Below, piece by piece: positions 35,279 to 45,560 of a DNA stretch of 64,000 nt (position 1 is the first letter of the stretch; the number at the start of each line of letters is the position of its first letter). The notes beneath the pieces were generated by a model. That model ran no database searches. It was not told the origin of the DNA and worked only from the letters and a program-made list of their open reading frames with translations. Made by a program: the position numbers and the translations under genes. Source of the DNA: a virus (lineage: Duplodnaviria > Caudoviricetes); IMG/VR virus record IMGVR_UViG_3300017912_004409, positions 1 to 64,000 of that record; one strand, 5' to 3'.

Positions 35279-36100
35279 ATGACTCGTAATCTTTTTTCTG
35301 ATAAAAACCAAAGGAAAAGAACAGCCAAGGATCCTTTGTCTTTAGGAGAAGTATCTAGAACTACTGTTAAATATCTACGCGGAAAACTAGGTCCTCAGCA
35401 TAAATTAATACAAGGAGGTTATGGTGGTGGAACATATAATCATTGGTTTAAAATTAAACTATTGCGCCCAGGGTGGTTAATACTTGCCAAGGATGGTAAA
35501 GATAAAAAAAAGTTTACTGTTAGTACTTACGACTTAAATAAAATCCCAATAGAACCAAGGGCAATCTTTCAACAAGATAGTTTATCTACCATTGGATCAA
35601 ACGGAAAAGTAATTTATCCTTATTTTGCTCACATGATGGGTGCCCAGTCAGATTTATATAATACATATAATCCAGACACTCAAAGCAGGGGGGATAATTT
35701 ATATCTTCCGCTTGATAGTGGTGAATATTTAATTTGTATATCTAGTACAAGAAATGAACTTATTGATTATGCACTTGCTTTGGTTGTTGAATTTGCTAAT
35801 CCTGATTTTTTCTTGGCTTTAGAAGATTTCTTCTTATTTTTAACAACAAACGTTGGTTTCACAGATTTCTATGCTTTAGAAGATAATTTTTTATATCTAT
35901 TTGAAGACGATACATTTATTGCACTTCCTGTACAAGATGAACAAATAGAAGGTTTTATTGAATTAGAATTTGGTCCTAACTATGATATTGAAACTGAACA
36001 TGAACATTCTTTAACAGAATGGCAAACTGCCTGGAATCAAGAACACACACCTGATCAACCTTTTCCTTCTGTTCTAATACCATTAACTTCATTACCATGA
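35279..36100 (+). CDS. Hypothetical protein with ALED repeats
   Basis: 273 aa; FLALEDFF...FYALEDNF. Confidence 0.6.
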   Translation: MTRNLFSDKNQRKRTAKDPLSLGEVSRTTVKYLRGKLGPQHKLIQGGYGGGTYNHWFKIKLLRPGWLILAKDGKDKKKFTVSTYDLNKIPIEPRAIFQQDSLSTIGSNGKVIYPYFAHMMGAQSDLYNTYNPDTQSRGDNLYLPLDSGEYLICISSTRNELIDYALALVVEFANPDFFLALEDFFLFLTTNVGFTDFYALEDNFLYLFEDDTFIALPVQDEQIEGFIELEFGPNYDIETEHEHSLTEWQTAWNQEHTPDQPFPSVLIPLTSLP

Positions 36101-36546
36101 CAAAATATCATTATCAAAGAAAACACAAAAAGAAAGTTAAAACATATAAATTAAATAATTTAATTATCAAAATGCGTTTAATTCCTTATGTTAAAAATAA
36201 AAATAATGTAATTTGGTTATTTTCTTTCGTTTGTGGCTTTAGTATTAGACAAGTTAATGATTGGTTAGATGAAAGAAAAAATACAAGAGCTAAACAGCTA
36301 AAAAATAAAATTACAGGAAAACATTCTTTAACTCCTCATTTTCTTGCCCTACAAACTTTAAAAAAATGGCAAAATGAAATACCTAAAAACGATTCAATTT
36401 ATTTCATCTGTGATTCTGTTAAACCAAGAAAACAATTTGAAATCTATAAAAAATGGTTTACAAAACATGAAAAAAATTGGTTAATTGATGTGCAGAATTA
36501 TGCTTTTCTGTATCATCCAGGATTAAACAGAATCATCCAGGATTAA
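36097..36546 (+). CDS. Hypothetical protein
   Basis: 149-aa ORF. Confidence 0.55.
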   Translation: MTKYHYQRKHKKKVKTYKLNNLIIKMRLIPYVKNKNNVIWLFSFVCGFSIRQVNDWLDERKNTRAKQLKNKITGKHSLTPHFLALQTLKKWQNEIPKNDSIYFICDSVKPRKQFEIYKKWFTKHEKNWLIDVQNYAFLYHPGLNRIIQD

Positions 36547-36689
36547 ACAGGATTAAACCAATAAACAGTTCCTCCCATTTCTAAAATTTGTTTTTTCAGC
36601 ATATATGCTTCTTCTTTTGAAAGAGTAGCGCATTTTCTTTTTTTATTTATTTCATAACAAATATTTACTAATATATTTTCTTTTCTCAT
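36543..36689 (-). CDS. Small hypothetical protein
   Basis: MRKENILVNICYE...; start overlaps the endolysin stop. Confidence 0.5.
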   Translation of the reverse strand: MRKENILVNICYEINKKRKCATLSKEEAYMLKKQILEMGGTVYWFNPV

Positions 36690-37786
36690 GCTAATATACA
36701 CCATCCTGTAGAAACGCCTTCTACCATCCATCTAGGATTAAAATTTTTATAACTGTAATGTAAATGTATTCCTGTTGTATTTATATATTCTCCTGTTATT
36801 AAATCTAGTTCGCCCCATGGATCATGGACAACAAAACCCTTATCATCATATCCAATAATGCACGCCCAGTGCCCTCCCCCTGAGGGAGATTTAACTGTTC
36901 CTTTATGTAAAAAACCTACTGGCACAGGCTTGTTATTATTAATTTGAGTTTTAATTGTATTTACATTTGCTCCATTAAAAAATCTTGCTTCCAATCCATA
37001 ATTAAATAAAGCTTTTATTTGAGCGGTGCTTTCAGTACTATCTCCGTTATTAAAAACTTTACGGATATATTCATCATCAGAAACAATAGAACCTGGCTTT
37101 AAATATTTCAACATCATTGCACAACTTGAACTAAAACATGTTCGAGCTGCGTCTCTATAGTTATCTCTTTGACTCATATATTCAACATTTAACGGATTTG
37201 AATATTTTAATTTTTTAATTTTAGTTTTAGATTTAGATTTAATTACTTCTATAAGTTTTTCTCCATATAAGGGATCTGTCGCATACCCCTCTTTTTGCAG
37301 TTGGTGGCAAGCGGCTTCCCAGGTTTTACAGTTATTGATTCCTTTCCATGTTTTGTAGTCTTTATACCACTTAGTAACCAAATAATCAACAGCACTATAT
37401 AAGTCAGGAAAGTTAATAAATTTGTCTTTGATTTCAATCCATTTTTCATCTACAAACTCCTTTGTATTAACTTCTGAACCTTGTCCTTTTAATCCAAAGT
37501 AATTGTTTTTACCGGAAACATGTTTGCCATTACCTGATTCTAATGCCCATTGTGCAGCTACAACTTCAGGATATTTAGCTCCTGAATCCCTTGCTGCTTC
37601 TAATATACCTTCCCATGAATTTTTATATTCTTTATTTTCTATTTCTTTGATGTTTTTTTCTCTGTATTTAGCTGCAAAAATATTTAAAATTTCTGGACTT
37701 ACTTTTGTTTGTAGCCAGTCCCAAGCTTCATCTTGATGCTTTAATTCTCTATAATATTTAGCAGCATTTTTAAATTTAATCGACAT
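36686..37786 (-). CDS. Two-domain endolysin: glucosaminidase (GH73-like) plus C39-like peptidase
   Basis: AAQWALESG...NNYFGLKG...GYATDP; SQRDN...CFSSSCAM...GHW..IIGYD...HDPWG. Confidence 0.8.
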   Translation of the reverse strand: MSIKFKNAAKYYRELKHQDEAWDWLQTKVSPEILNIFAAKYREKNIKEIENKEYKNSWEGILEAARDSGAKYPEVVAAQWALESGNGKHVSGKNNYFGLKGQGSEVNTKEFVDEKWIEIKDKFINFPDLYSAVDYLVTKWYKDYKTWKGINNCKTWEAACHQLQKEGYATDPLYGEKLIEVIKSKSKTKIKKLKYSNPLNVEYMSQRDNYRDAARTCFSSSCAMMLKYLKPGSIVSDDEYIRKVFNNGDSTESTAQIKALFNYGLEARFFNGANVNTIKTQINNNKPVPVGFLHKGTVKSPSGGGHWACIIGYDDKGFVVHDPWGELDLITGEYINTTGIHLHYSYKNFNPRWMVEGVSTGWCILA

Positions 37787-38492
37787 GATTAAGGACTGTT
37801 TTTTTGTAATCTCCTTTATATATTTTAGGGCCTATATGTACACAAGTGCTAGAAAAATCAATCCAAATTTTAAAACCCAGATCACGTAATTTTTCACAAA
37901 GAAAAATATCTTCTCCCATAAAAACTTCTCCTTCAAAATCATATTGGCAAATATTTTTTATTTTATTTTCTCTGAAATATGTATCTACACTATTTTTAGC
38001 TAATGCTTGTAAACTTTTTCTGCTTAATTTTAAACAACTTGTGCTAACAGCATTAACTAATTGTAAATTATTTTCAATTGTTTCAAATTGTTTTTCATCT
38101 TCAAACCAAAAATCGTATTCTTCTTTGTTGTCATTTTTTTTAATTGTTGGAATTGCAATAACATCTTCTGGGTTTTTAATTATATTAATTAAAGCATTTG
38201 GATCACAACCAACATCTGAATCAATAAATATCATACAATCTACATTTTTTTCAATAGCTATAGTTAATAATTGATTTCTTGCCATTGGTAAAATACTTTC
38301 ATATGAAAGCATGCAAATATTAATATCAATATTATTCAAAACTCCTAATTTAGAAACTTGATTTACCATGCTGGCGTAATGAACATCTACTCGCCCGTCT
38401 AATGCAGGTGTAGCAATCAATGCGGTAATTTGTTGTTTTTGATTTGGTTTAAAACTTTTTGCCATTGAGGAATTCTTTTTTGCCATGTCCAA
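37776..38492 (-). CDS. Glycosyltransferase, GT-A-like
   Basis: IATPALDG; LPMARN; IFIDSD; GEDIFLC. Confidence 0.75.
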   Translation of the reverse strand: MDMAKKNSSMAKSFKPNQKQQITALIATPALDGRVDVHYASMVNQVSKLGVLNNIDINICMLSYESILPMARNQLLTIAIEKNVDCMIFIDSDVGCDPNALINIIKNPEDVIAIPTIKKNDNKEEYDFWFEDEKQFETIENNLQLVNAVSTSCLKLSRKSLQALAKNSVDTYFRENKIKNICQYDFEGEVFMGEDIFLCEKLRDLGFKIWIDFSSTCVHIGPKIYKGDYKKTVLNHVD

Positions 38493-39343
38493 TTTTCGTT
38501 ATAGAATTTAGTTTGTTTTTCAAGCTTTAATTGGTTTTCTGGTGTCCAATAAGCGTCAATTACTTCGTTCAATACGATAGCATATTTTTCAGCCAATCGC
38601 AGATGATCAGAATCATAACAAATAAAATCAGCATATTCTCCGCATGTTTCTAGTAATGCCCCATAATTAGTAACTACCGCCTGGCATCCAGCACACATAG
38701 CTTCTATTGCTGCAATGCAAGATGTTTCTTCAAAAACACTTGGATACGCAAAAATATGTGCCTCTTGCAAAGCTTCTCGTATTTTTTGATTTGTTGCATA
38801 TCCTTTATAGTTAATTCCGGGAGTATTTTTTAATTGATTAAACAAAGGCTCAAATCTATTTCCTAACATTTTTTCAAATACAGAGCCATAGATTTTGGTA
38901 GAAGAATATACATCTAATTCAATATCATCACGATCTAAAATTTGAAATGCTTTTAATAATACTTGTAAACCTCGCCAGGGAGTTGAAGTATGTATTAATT
39001 TTAACTTTTTTCCTTTAGGTTTTGGTTTGGGTAAAAATTCTGTTGTTGCATTTTTTATAACAATTGATTTCCAAGGGGGAGTATTAAACTTTTCTCTAAA
39101 TTTTTCATAGCACCAATGCGAATTATAAATAAAACAATCAATTTTATTTACAAAACTACCACTTTTCATTCCTTGTACATTTTCTTGATCATAACTTAAT
39201 TGTTGTAATAGAATATTTTTTTGTCCTGGTACTATTAAATTTTTATTACAATTGCAAACAATTAAATTTATCCCTTCAAAGTCAAGATGACTACGAAGGG
39301 ATTCAACTAAAATTTCAGTTCCACCTTTAGGTGTACTTGGCAT
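38417..39343 (-). CDS. Glycosyltransferase, GT-B
   Basis: GGTE; HTSTPWRGL; IFAYPSVFEETSCIAAIEAMCAG. Confidence 0.85.
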   Translation of the reverse strand: MPSTPKGGTEILVESLRSHLDFEGINLIVCNCNKNLIVPGQKNILLQQLSYDQENVQGMKSGSFVNKIDCFIYNSHWCYEKFREKFNTPPWKSIVIKNATTEFLPKPKPKGKKLKLIHTSTPWRGLQVLLKAFQILDRDDIELDVYSSTKIYGSVFEKMLGNRFEPLFNQLKNTPGINYKGYATNQKIREALQEAHIFAYPSVFEETSCIAAIEAMCAGCQAVVTNYGALLETCGEYADFICYDSDHLRLAEKYAIVLNEVIDAYWTPENQLKLEKQTKFYNENWTWQKRIPQWQKVLNQIKNNKLPH

Positions 39344-39377
39344 TTAAAAAATTAATCTATAACGATTATAGATAATT

Positions 39378-42300
39378 TTAAGTACTTTGCAATTCAGCAA
39401 TTGCTTGTTCAGCTGCTTCTAAACGATTAATTAATTCTTTAACAGCTTGAACAAGAATTGGATATGTTTTAAGCGGAGCTGCTTCTAATTTATCAGGATT
39501 TTTATCAAGAACTAGATTTGTATATTCAGCAGTATTTAATTCGTTTTCTACTGCTTGTAACTCCTGAGCAATAAAACCATAATCTTTTTTGCCTTCAAGA
39601 CTACCATCTCTACGTGCCCAATCAAACTTAACAGGTCTTAACCGTCTAATAAAATTAACGCCATGGTCAAGATCTGTAATATTTGTTTTATCTCTTTCAT
39701 CAGAAAGAGAAGTAATGCTTGTTTGATTACATCTTAATGTAGCAACAGAAGAATTACCTAATGTAAACTCATTGTCAACACTTGATGCACTACTAGTAGC
39801 AGAATAACCAATAAGAGTATTGTTATTACCTGAAGCTAAAGTTCCACCTGCAAAATATCCAAGAGCAGTATTGTTTGATCCCGTTTGTAAATCCATAAAA
39901 GAATATGCTCCAACTGCCGTACCGTTGGTAGAATAATTTAGAGACCTAGCAGTTGCATTATATCCAACAAAAACACTATAACCGCCGCCACCATAAATCT
40001 CTCTGCCTGCGCTATGACCAATGGCAACACATCCATTAGGATTTCCACCAGCAAAATTATTGCCACCAATTAAAGTGTTGTGGTTAATAGATGCAGAACC
40101 AAAATAATTGAGTATATCATTACCTATACATACATTATGAGAACCGCTATGTGTTACGCCTGTCGGACTGGCTATATCAGAGCCGATTAGTACATTGTTC
40201 TGCCCATTCATTGGGTGACCAACATTCGAACCTATATAAACACATTCGGATCTATATTCATTCTGTCGGGCTACAAATTGACCTATTGCAGTTACTTCAC
40301 TCCAACCATTGGTCCAGTAACCATTTGGATCAAAAAAATTATAATTATCAGCTATAAATGAACCTACTACAGTATTATACGAACCACTATATAGGTAAGT
40401 CGCACAATTAGAACCACCCACAATAGTGTTGTGCTGAAGTTGACCGTTAGTAAGATTTGCAGTTCTATTACCAATTATGCAATTGTCAGTAGAAACACCA
40501 GCGCCTGATGAAAATGCGTCATGTCCAATAACTAAATTAAGATATGAAGTAGTTTGTGTTGATCCTGCATTATTTCCAATATAAATACCACTCTGAACCG
40601 GCTGAGAACCAGAAATTGCTGAGTGCCCTATAGCAATACTATCAAATAGTTGTCCACCAGCACCATTCAGTGCTGTTTTATGACCTACAATTATACTGCG
40701 ATTGCCATCCGAAATGTCCCTCAAGGCCTCATGGCCAATAACTATATTACTTTCATTATTAGTAGCACCAACAGCCCCTGTGCCGATACTTGTATTATCG
40801 CCTATATGTATAGAATTGATATGCGGCATTTTTACCGAAGCATTGTAAGAACGACCTGCATTTCTACCAATAAATATTACGCCTGATGGTGTAGTATCTG
40901 CGCCTGCAGCAAATCCAATAGCTATATTACTAGTGTCTTGATTACCGATTCCTGGACCACACCCTGATAAAGCATAACTACCAACAGCAACACCGCTTCG
41001 TAAGGCTTGAGGTGCAGAAGGTGAAGTCCAGCCTGCTCCTGCTTGATAACCTATAAAAGTAGAACCACTTGCCCCGAATGTCCCTGTAATAACAGCTGTA
41101 TCAATACCTAATGCAGTTGTGCCTGTAAGTGTTGCACCACTTAAGCTACTGCCACCGCCACCGCCACCGCCTGCTGACCAACTTAATCTACCAGCACCAT
41201 CAGTGGTTAATACATCGCCAGATGTACTATCACCGCTAGGCAATCTAAACGTAGTACTAGTACCATCTAATGTTACTGGTGCTCTAAATGCAACATATTG
41301 TGTATTATCTCCTTGATAAAATTTAAGCGATCTAGTTTCATAACTACCTCTACTCTCATAACCTCTTAAATCAGTAAATGTACCACTTTGGTGTACAACA
41401 TCACCACTAATTGATAAGTAACCACCAATAATATTTTCACCTGTAATATTTGTAAACTGTGCATTTGTACCAGTAACTGTTGCACCTGACACAGTAGCTG
41501 TGCCGACAATTGTACTGCCAGTAATATTTGTAAATTGAGCATTAGTACCAGTTATGGTTGCAACATTTGTAATATTTGTAAGAGTAGTGTTAGCACTATT
41601 TAAATTGGTAAAATTACCAGTTCCACCAGTAACTATTGTACCGCTTAAACCAATTGCATTTAAATAGTTTGTTGCAGCATTATAATATAAAGCACCAGTT
41701 GAATAGGCAACACCACTTCCAGCATCTTGTCCCTTTAAAACAACATAAACAGTTCCTTCTCCTGGAAGTGCTGTTGAATTAATACCTGTTGAATAAAGTT
41801 GTTCACTTCCTACAGGTGCCCAGCCTAAATTTAAAGATGCGTCACTAACCAATGCATAACCAGAAACAGGTGCATCAGCAGCTGGTAATGTCCATCTTAT
41901 ATTGGTAAACTCTCCAATACCAGTTGGTGCTTTAAAACCAACTGAACCAATTCCTCCACTTTCAACAAAATCTACTACTGCTCCGTTCCTAAATTGCTGC
42001 CTACCAAAAAAACCGGGCTGATATGAAACTACAGTCAGAACCTCCATGTTGCCTTGTGTAAAATTACCATATGAACCGGTAACTGTTGTACCGCTTAAAC
42101 CAATTGCATTTAAGTAATTTGTTGAATTACTGTAATATAAACTACTAGTTGAATAAGCAAGACCGCTTCCTGTTGCATTTGCTTTTAAAACAATATAATT
42201 AGTTCCTTGTTCTGGATTAGCTGTTGAATTAATACCTGTTGAGTAAAGTTGTGTACCTCCTACAGGTGCCCAGCTTAAATTTAAAGATGCGTCACTAACT

Positions 42301-45110
42301 AAGGCATAACCAGAAACAGTTGCATCGGTAGCTGGTAATGTCCATCTTATATTGTTTTCTCCAATACCAGTTGGTGCTTTAAAACCAACTGAACCAGCTT
42401 GTCCACTTTCATAAAAATCTACGACTGCTCCGTCCGTAAGTTGAATAGCACCAAAAGCAGGAAATGGTGATCTAGTATTACTTACAGTCAGATATCCATA
42501 GCCACCATTTGCAAAATTACCAGTGTTCCCAGTAACTGTTGCACCTGACACAGTAGTCGTGCCGACTATTGTGCCACCTGTAATATTAGTAAACTGTGCA
42601 TTCGTACCAGTTACCGTTGCACCTGATACTGTAGTAGTTCCGACAACAGTGTCACCAGTAATGTTTGTAAATTGTGCATTTGTGCCTGTAACAGTTGCAC
42701 CTGATATAGTTGTTGTGCCGACTATTGTGCCACCTGTAATATTAGTAAATTGAGCATTAGTACCAGTTACCGTTGCACCCGACACAGTAGTTGTGCCGAC
42801 TATCGTTGTGCCTGTTATCGTTGCACCTGAAATACTAGTTGTACCAACTATTGTGCTTCCTGTTAAAGTTATAAATCGCCCAACATCACCGGTAATAATT
42901 GCACCACTAATCGTTCCAGTAACTGTTAAATTAGGTACGTCAAGACTGGTAATACTAAGTGTTCCAAAGTTACCAGTGTCCCCAGTTATAGTTGTACCTG
43001 AAATAGTAGTGCTTTTAGCTAAAACAAAATTACCTGTTCCAAAATTGCCAGTATTACCAGTTACAGTTGCACCTGACACAGTGGTTGTACCGACTATTGT
43101 GCCACCTGTAATATTAGTAAATTGAGCATCAGTACCGGTTACGGTTGCACCTGAGACAGTGGTTGTGCCAACAATCGTACTTCCAGTAATATTTGCAAAC
43201 TGTGCATTTGTACCAGTTACCGTTGCACCCGATACAGTAGTCGTGCCAACTATCTCACTGCCAGTAATATTAGTAAATTGAGCATTTGTACCAGTTACCG
43301 TTGCACCTGATACGATAGTCGTACCAACAATCGTATTTCCAGTAATATTTGTAAACTGTGCATTTGTACCAGTTACAGTTGCACCTGAAATACTAGTTGT
43401 ACCAACTATTGTTGCGCCTGTTAAAGTTGTAAATCTACCGATATCACCAGTAATAATTGCACCACTAATCGTTCCGGTAACAGTTAAATCGGGTACGTTA
43501 AGACCAGTAACACTAAGTGTTCCAAAATCACCTGTTTGACTTGTTATTGTAATGCCTGAAATAACAGATGACTCACCCGTAACATATAGTCCTGAGTTGA
43601 AAATTCCTGATCCTGTAACAAAAATATCTTCAACGAAATAAGCATCACCCGTTACAGTTAATCTTTCTTTTACGATTCCTGTAACAACATAAGCGGTATT
43701 TGCATTTAGGATATCAAAATTACCAATTTCACCGGTAACTGTTCCACCGGATACGGTAGTCGTACCAACTATTGTTGTTCCTGTTAAGGTTGTAAATCTC
43801 CCAACATTGCCAGTGATGATGGCACCACTAATTGTTCCCGTGACCGTAAGGTCAGGTACGTCAATACCAGTAACAGTAAGTGTACCAAAGTTACCAGTGT
43901 CGCCAGTAACCGTTGCCCCAGATACAGTAGTAGTACCAATTATTGAGTTGCCGGTAATATTGGTAAATTGAGCATTATTACCAGTAACCGTTGCACCTGA
44001 AATACTAGTAGTACCAATTACTGAACTACCAGTAATATTGGCAAATTGAGCATTGGTACCAGTAACAGTTGCACCTGAGATAGTAGTTGTGCCGACTATT
44101 GAACTACCAGTAATATTGGTAAATTGAGCATTAGTACCAGTTACGGTTGCACCTGAAATACTAGTTGTACCAACTAATGTTGCCCCTGTTAATGTTGTAA
44201 ATCGCCCAACATCACCAGTAATAATTGCACCACTAATCGTTCCAGTGACCGTAAGATCAGGTACGTCAAGACCAGTAACAGTAAGTGTACCAAAATTACC
44301 GGTGTCGCCAGTAACCGTTGCTCCAGATAAGCTGGTCGTACCGACTAATGTTGCTCCTGTTAATGTTGTAAATCTACCGACATCACCGGTAATAATTGCA
44401 CCACTAATCGTTCCAGTAACAGTTAAATCAGGTATGTCAAGACCGGTGACCGTAAGTGTACCAAAATTACCAGTGTCGCCAGTAACAGTTGCACCTGAAA
44501 TACTAGTTGTACCAACCAATGTTGTGCCTGTTAAAGTTGTAAAACTACCTGTATTACCAGTTACAACTGCACCTGATACACTATTTGTTCCGACTACATT
44601 TTGACCTGTAATATTGGTAAATTGAGCATTAGTACCGGTTACCGTTGCACCTGATACGATAGTCGTACCAACAACTGTTGCTCCCGTGATATTAGTAAAT
44701 TGAGCATTGGTACCAGTAACTGTTGTACCAGATAAAGTACCTTGTATTTCTACGCCTGAAAGAAAATAACCACTTCCTCTGACTACTAATGTTCCGCTAA
44801 CATTTAAATTTCCACTATGCGTTGTGCCGCTAGTAACTAAAGTGCTAAAGATACCTGTTGTAAATTCAGCTGTTCTACCAGTAACAGTATTACCGCTGAT
44901 GGTGTTAGTAACAGTTAAATCACCACTAATAGTACCGCCAGTTATAGGAAAGTATATTGTGTTTAAATAATTTATAAATCCTGATACTTCTAGTTTTTTA
45001 TTTTTAATAGTAGGATCTACTTCGTCGGTACGAACGACGGTAAACAAATCATTACCGTTTAAATCAGTACCAAGTATTAAAGGTAAATCTGAAATTTTAC
45101 GGTTTGCCAC
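39378..45110 (-). CDS. Long tail fibre with Thr/Gly repeats and C-terminal S74 autocleaving chaperone
   Basis: 26-aa repeats (SGATVTGTNAQFTNITG); trimeric-autotransporter-like NTAxG repeats; SDERDKTNI...LRPVKFDW...GFIAQE. Confidence 0.85.
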   Translation of the reverse strand: MANRKISDLPLILGTDLNGNDLFTVVRTDEVDPTIKNKKLEVSGFINYLNTIYFPITGGTISGDLTVTNTISGNTVTGRTAEFTTGIFSTLVTSGTTHSGNLNVSGTLVVRGSGYFLSGVEIQGTLSGTTVTGTNAQFTNITGATVVGTTIVSGATVTGTNAQFTNITGQNVVGTNSVSGAVVTGNTGSFTTLTGTTLVGTTSISGATVTGDTGNFGTLTVTGLDIPDLTVTGTISGAIITGDVGRFTTLTGATLVGTTSLSGATVTGDTGNFGTLTVTGLDVPDLTVTGTISGAIITGDVGRFTTLTGATLVGTTSISGATVTGTNAQFTNITGSSIVGTTTISGATVTGTNAQFANITGSSVIGTTSISGATVTGNNAQFTNITGNSIIGTTTVSGATVTGDTGNFGTLTVTGIDVPDLTVTGTISGAIITGNVGRFTTLTGTTIVGTTTVSGGTVTGEIGNFDILNANTAYVVTGIVKERLTVTGDAYFVEDIFVTGSGIFNSGLYVTGESSVISGITITSQTGDFGTLSVTGLNVPDLTVTGTISGAIITGDIGRFTTLTGATIVGTTSISGATVTGTNAQFTNITGNTIVGTTIVSGATVTGTNAQFTNITGSEIVGTTTVSGATVTGTNAQFANITGSTIVGTTTVSGATVTGTDAQFTNITGGTIVGTTTVSGATVTGNTGNFGTGNFVLAKSTTISGTTITGDTGNFGTLSITSLDVPNLTVTGTISGAIITGDVGRFITLTGSTIVGTTSISGATITGTTIVGTTTVSGATVTGTNAQFTNITGGTIVGTTTISGATVTGTNAQFTNITGDTVVGTTTVSGATVTGTNAQFTNITGGTIVGTTTVSGATVTGNTGNFANGGYGYLTVSNTRSPFPAFGAIQLTDGAVVDFYESGQAGSVGFKAPTGIGENNIRWTLPATDATVSGYALVSDASLNLSWAPVGGTQLYSTGINSTANPEQGTNYIVLKANATGSGLAYSTSSLYYSNSTNYLNAIGLSGTTVTGSYGNFTQGNMEVLTVVSYQPGFFGRQQFRNGAVVDFVESGGIGSVGFKAPTGIGEFTNIRWTLPAADAPVSGYALVSDASLNLGWAPVGSEQLYSTGINSTALPGEGTVYVVLKGQDAGSGVAYSTGALYYNAATNYLNAIGLSGTIVTGGTGNFTNLNSANTTLTNITNVATITGTNAQFTNITGSTIVGTATVSGATVTGTNAQFTNITGENIIGGYLSISGDVVHQSGTFTDLRGYESRGSYETRSLKFYQGDNTQYVAFRAPVTLDGTSTTFRLPSGDSTSGDVLTTDGAGRLSWSAGGGGGGGSSLSGATLTGTTALGIDTAVITGTFGASGSTFIGYQAGAGWTSPSAPQALRSGVAVGSYALSGCGPGIGNQDTSNIAIGFAAGADTTPSGVIFIGRNAGRSYNASVKMPHINSIHIGDNTSIGTGAVGATNNESNIVIGHEALRDISDGNRSIIVGHKTALNGAGGQLFDSIAIGHSAISGSQPVQSGIYIGNNAGSTQTTSYLNLVIGHDAFSSGAGVSTDNCIIGNRTANLTNGQLQHNTIVGGSNCATYLYSGSYNTVVGSFIADNYNFFDPNGYWTNGWSEVTAIGQFVARQNEYRSECVYIGSNVGHPMNGQNNVLIGSDIASPTGVTHSGSHNVCIGNDILNYFGSASINHNTLIGGNNFAGGNPNGCVAIGHSAGREIYGGGGYSVFVGYNATARSLNYSTNGTAVGAYSFMDLQTGSNNTALGYFAGGTLASGNNNTLIGYSATSSASSVDNEFTLGNSSVATLRCNQTSITSLSDERDKTNITDLDHGVNFIRRLRPVKFDWARRDGSLEGKKDYGFIAQELQAVENELNTAEYTNLVLDKNPDKLEAAPLKTYPILVQAVKELINRLEAAEQAIAELQST

Positions 45111-45156
45111 TATTTTAAATCAACTTTTTGTATATCAATTATAATCCCACCTAAAT

Positions 45157-45555
45157 CTATCTAGCCTCCCATTTTATTTCTATTTTTGGTAAATTAGTTG
45201 CAAAACCCCAAAGACTTTGTACACCAAATACAAGTCCGCAAGACAATGCAAATATAACTATTATTTCTGCTACTGTTAAATTTCTTCTTACATATTGAAT
45301 TTTGGGTTGCTGATTTACGATTGGCGTCTGCTGCAACGGTTGTTGAGGCAGTTGTTGCAATGGTAAAGGTTGTTGCATTAACGGTTTTTGCTGTAACCTT
45401 GCCCTGGCTTCCTTTAATTTTTCTAACTCAAGAGAAAATTGTCCATTTATTTCATTAATTTGATCCGCTGTTAAATTATTAGTCGTGTTGCTAGGCGGAA
45501 TTTGGGAATCCATGTTTGAAATTAATTTTTTTAAGGCTAGCATAAAAGAAAACAA
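45157..45555 (-). CDS. Membrane protein with Gln/Pro-rich linker
   Basis: QQPLPLQQLPQQP; TM segment IIVIFALSCGLVFGV. Confidence 0.6.
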   Translation of the reverse strand: MFSFMLALKKLISNMDSQIPPSNTTNNLTADQINEINGQFSLELEKLKEARARLQQKPLMQQPLPLQQLPQQPLQQTPIVNQQPKIQYVRRNLTVAEIIVIFALSCGLVFGVQSLWGFATNLPKIEIKWEAR

Positions 45556-45560
45556 AAAAC

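Noticed and set aside
42523-44604. Plus-strand ORFs rich in VPVTVAP
   Set aside because: Antisense shadows of the repetitive tail-fibre gene.
39378-45110. Diversity-generating retroelement target
   Set aside because: No reverse transcriptase or adenine-specific TR/VR pair seen in the window.
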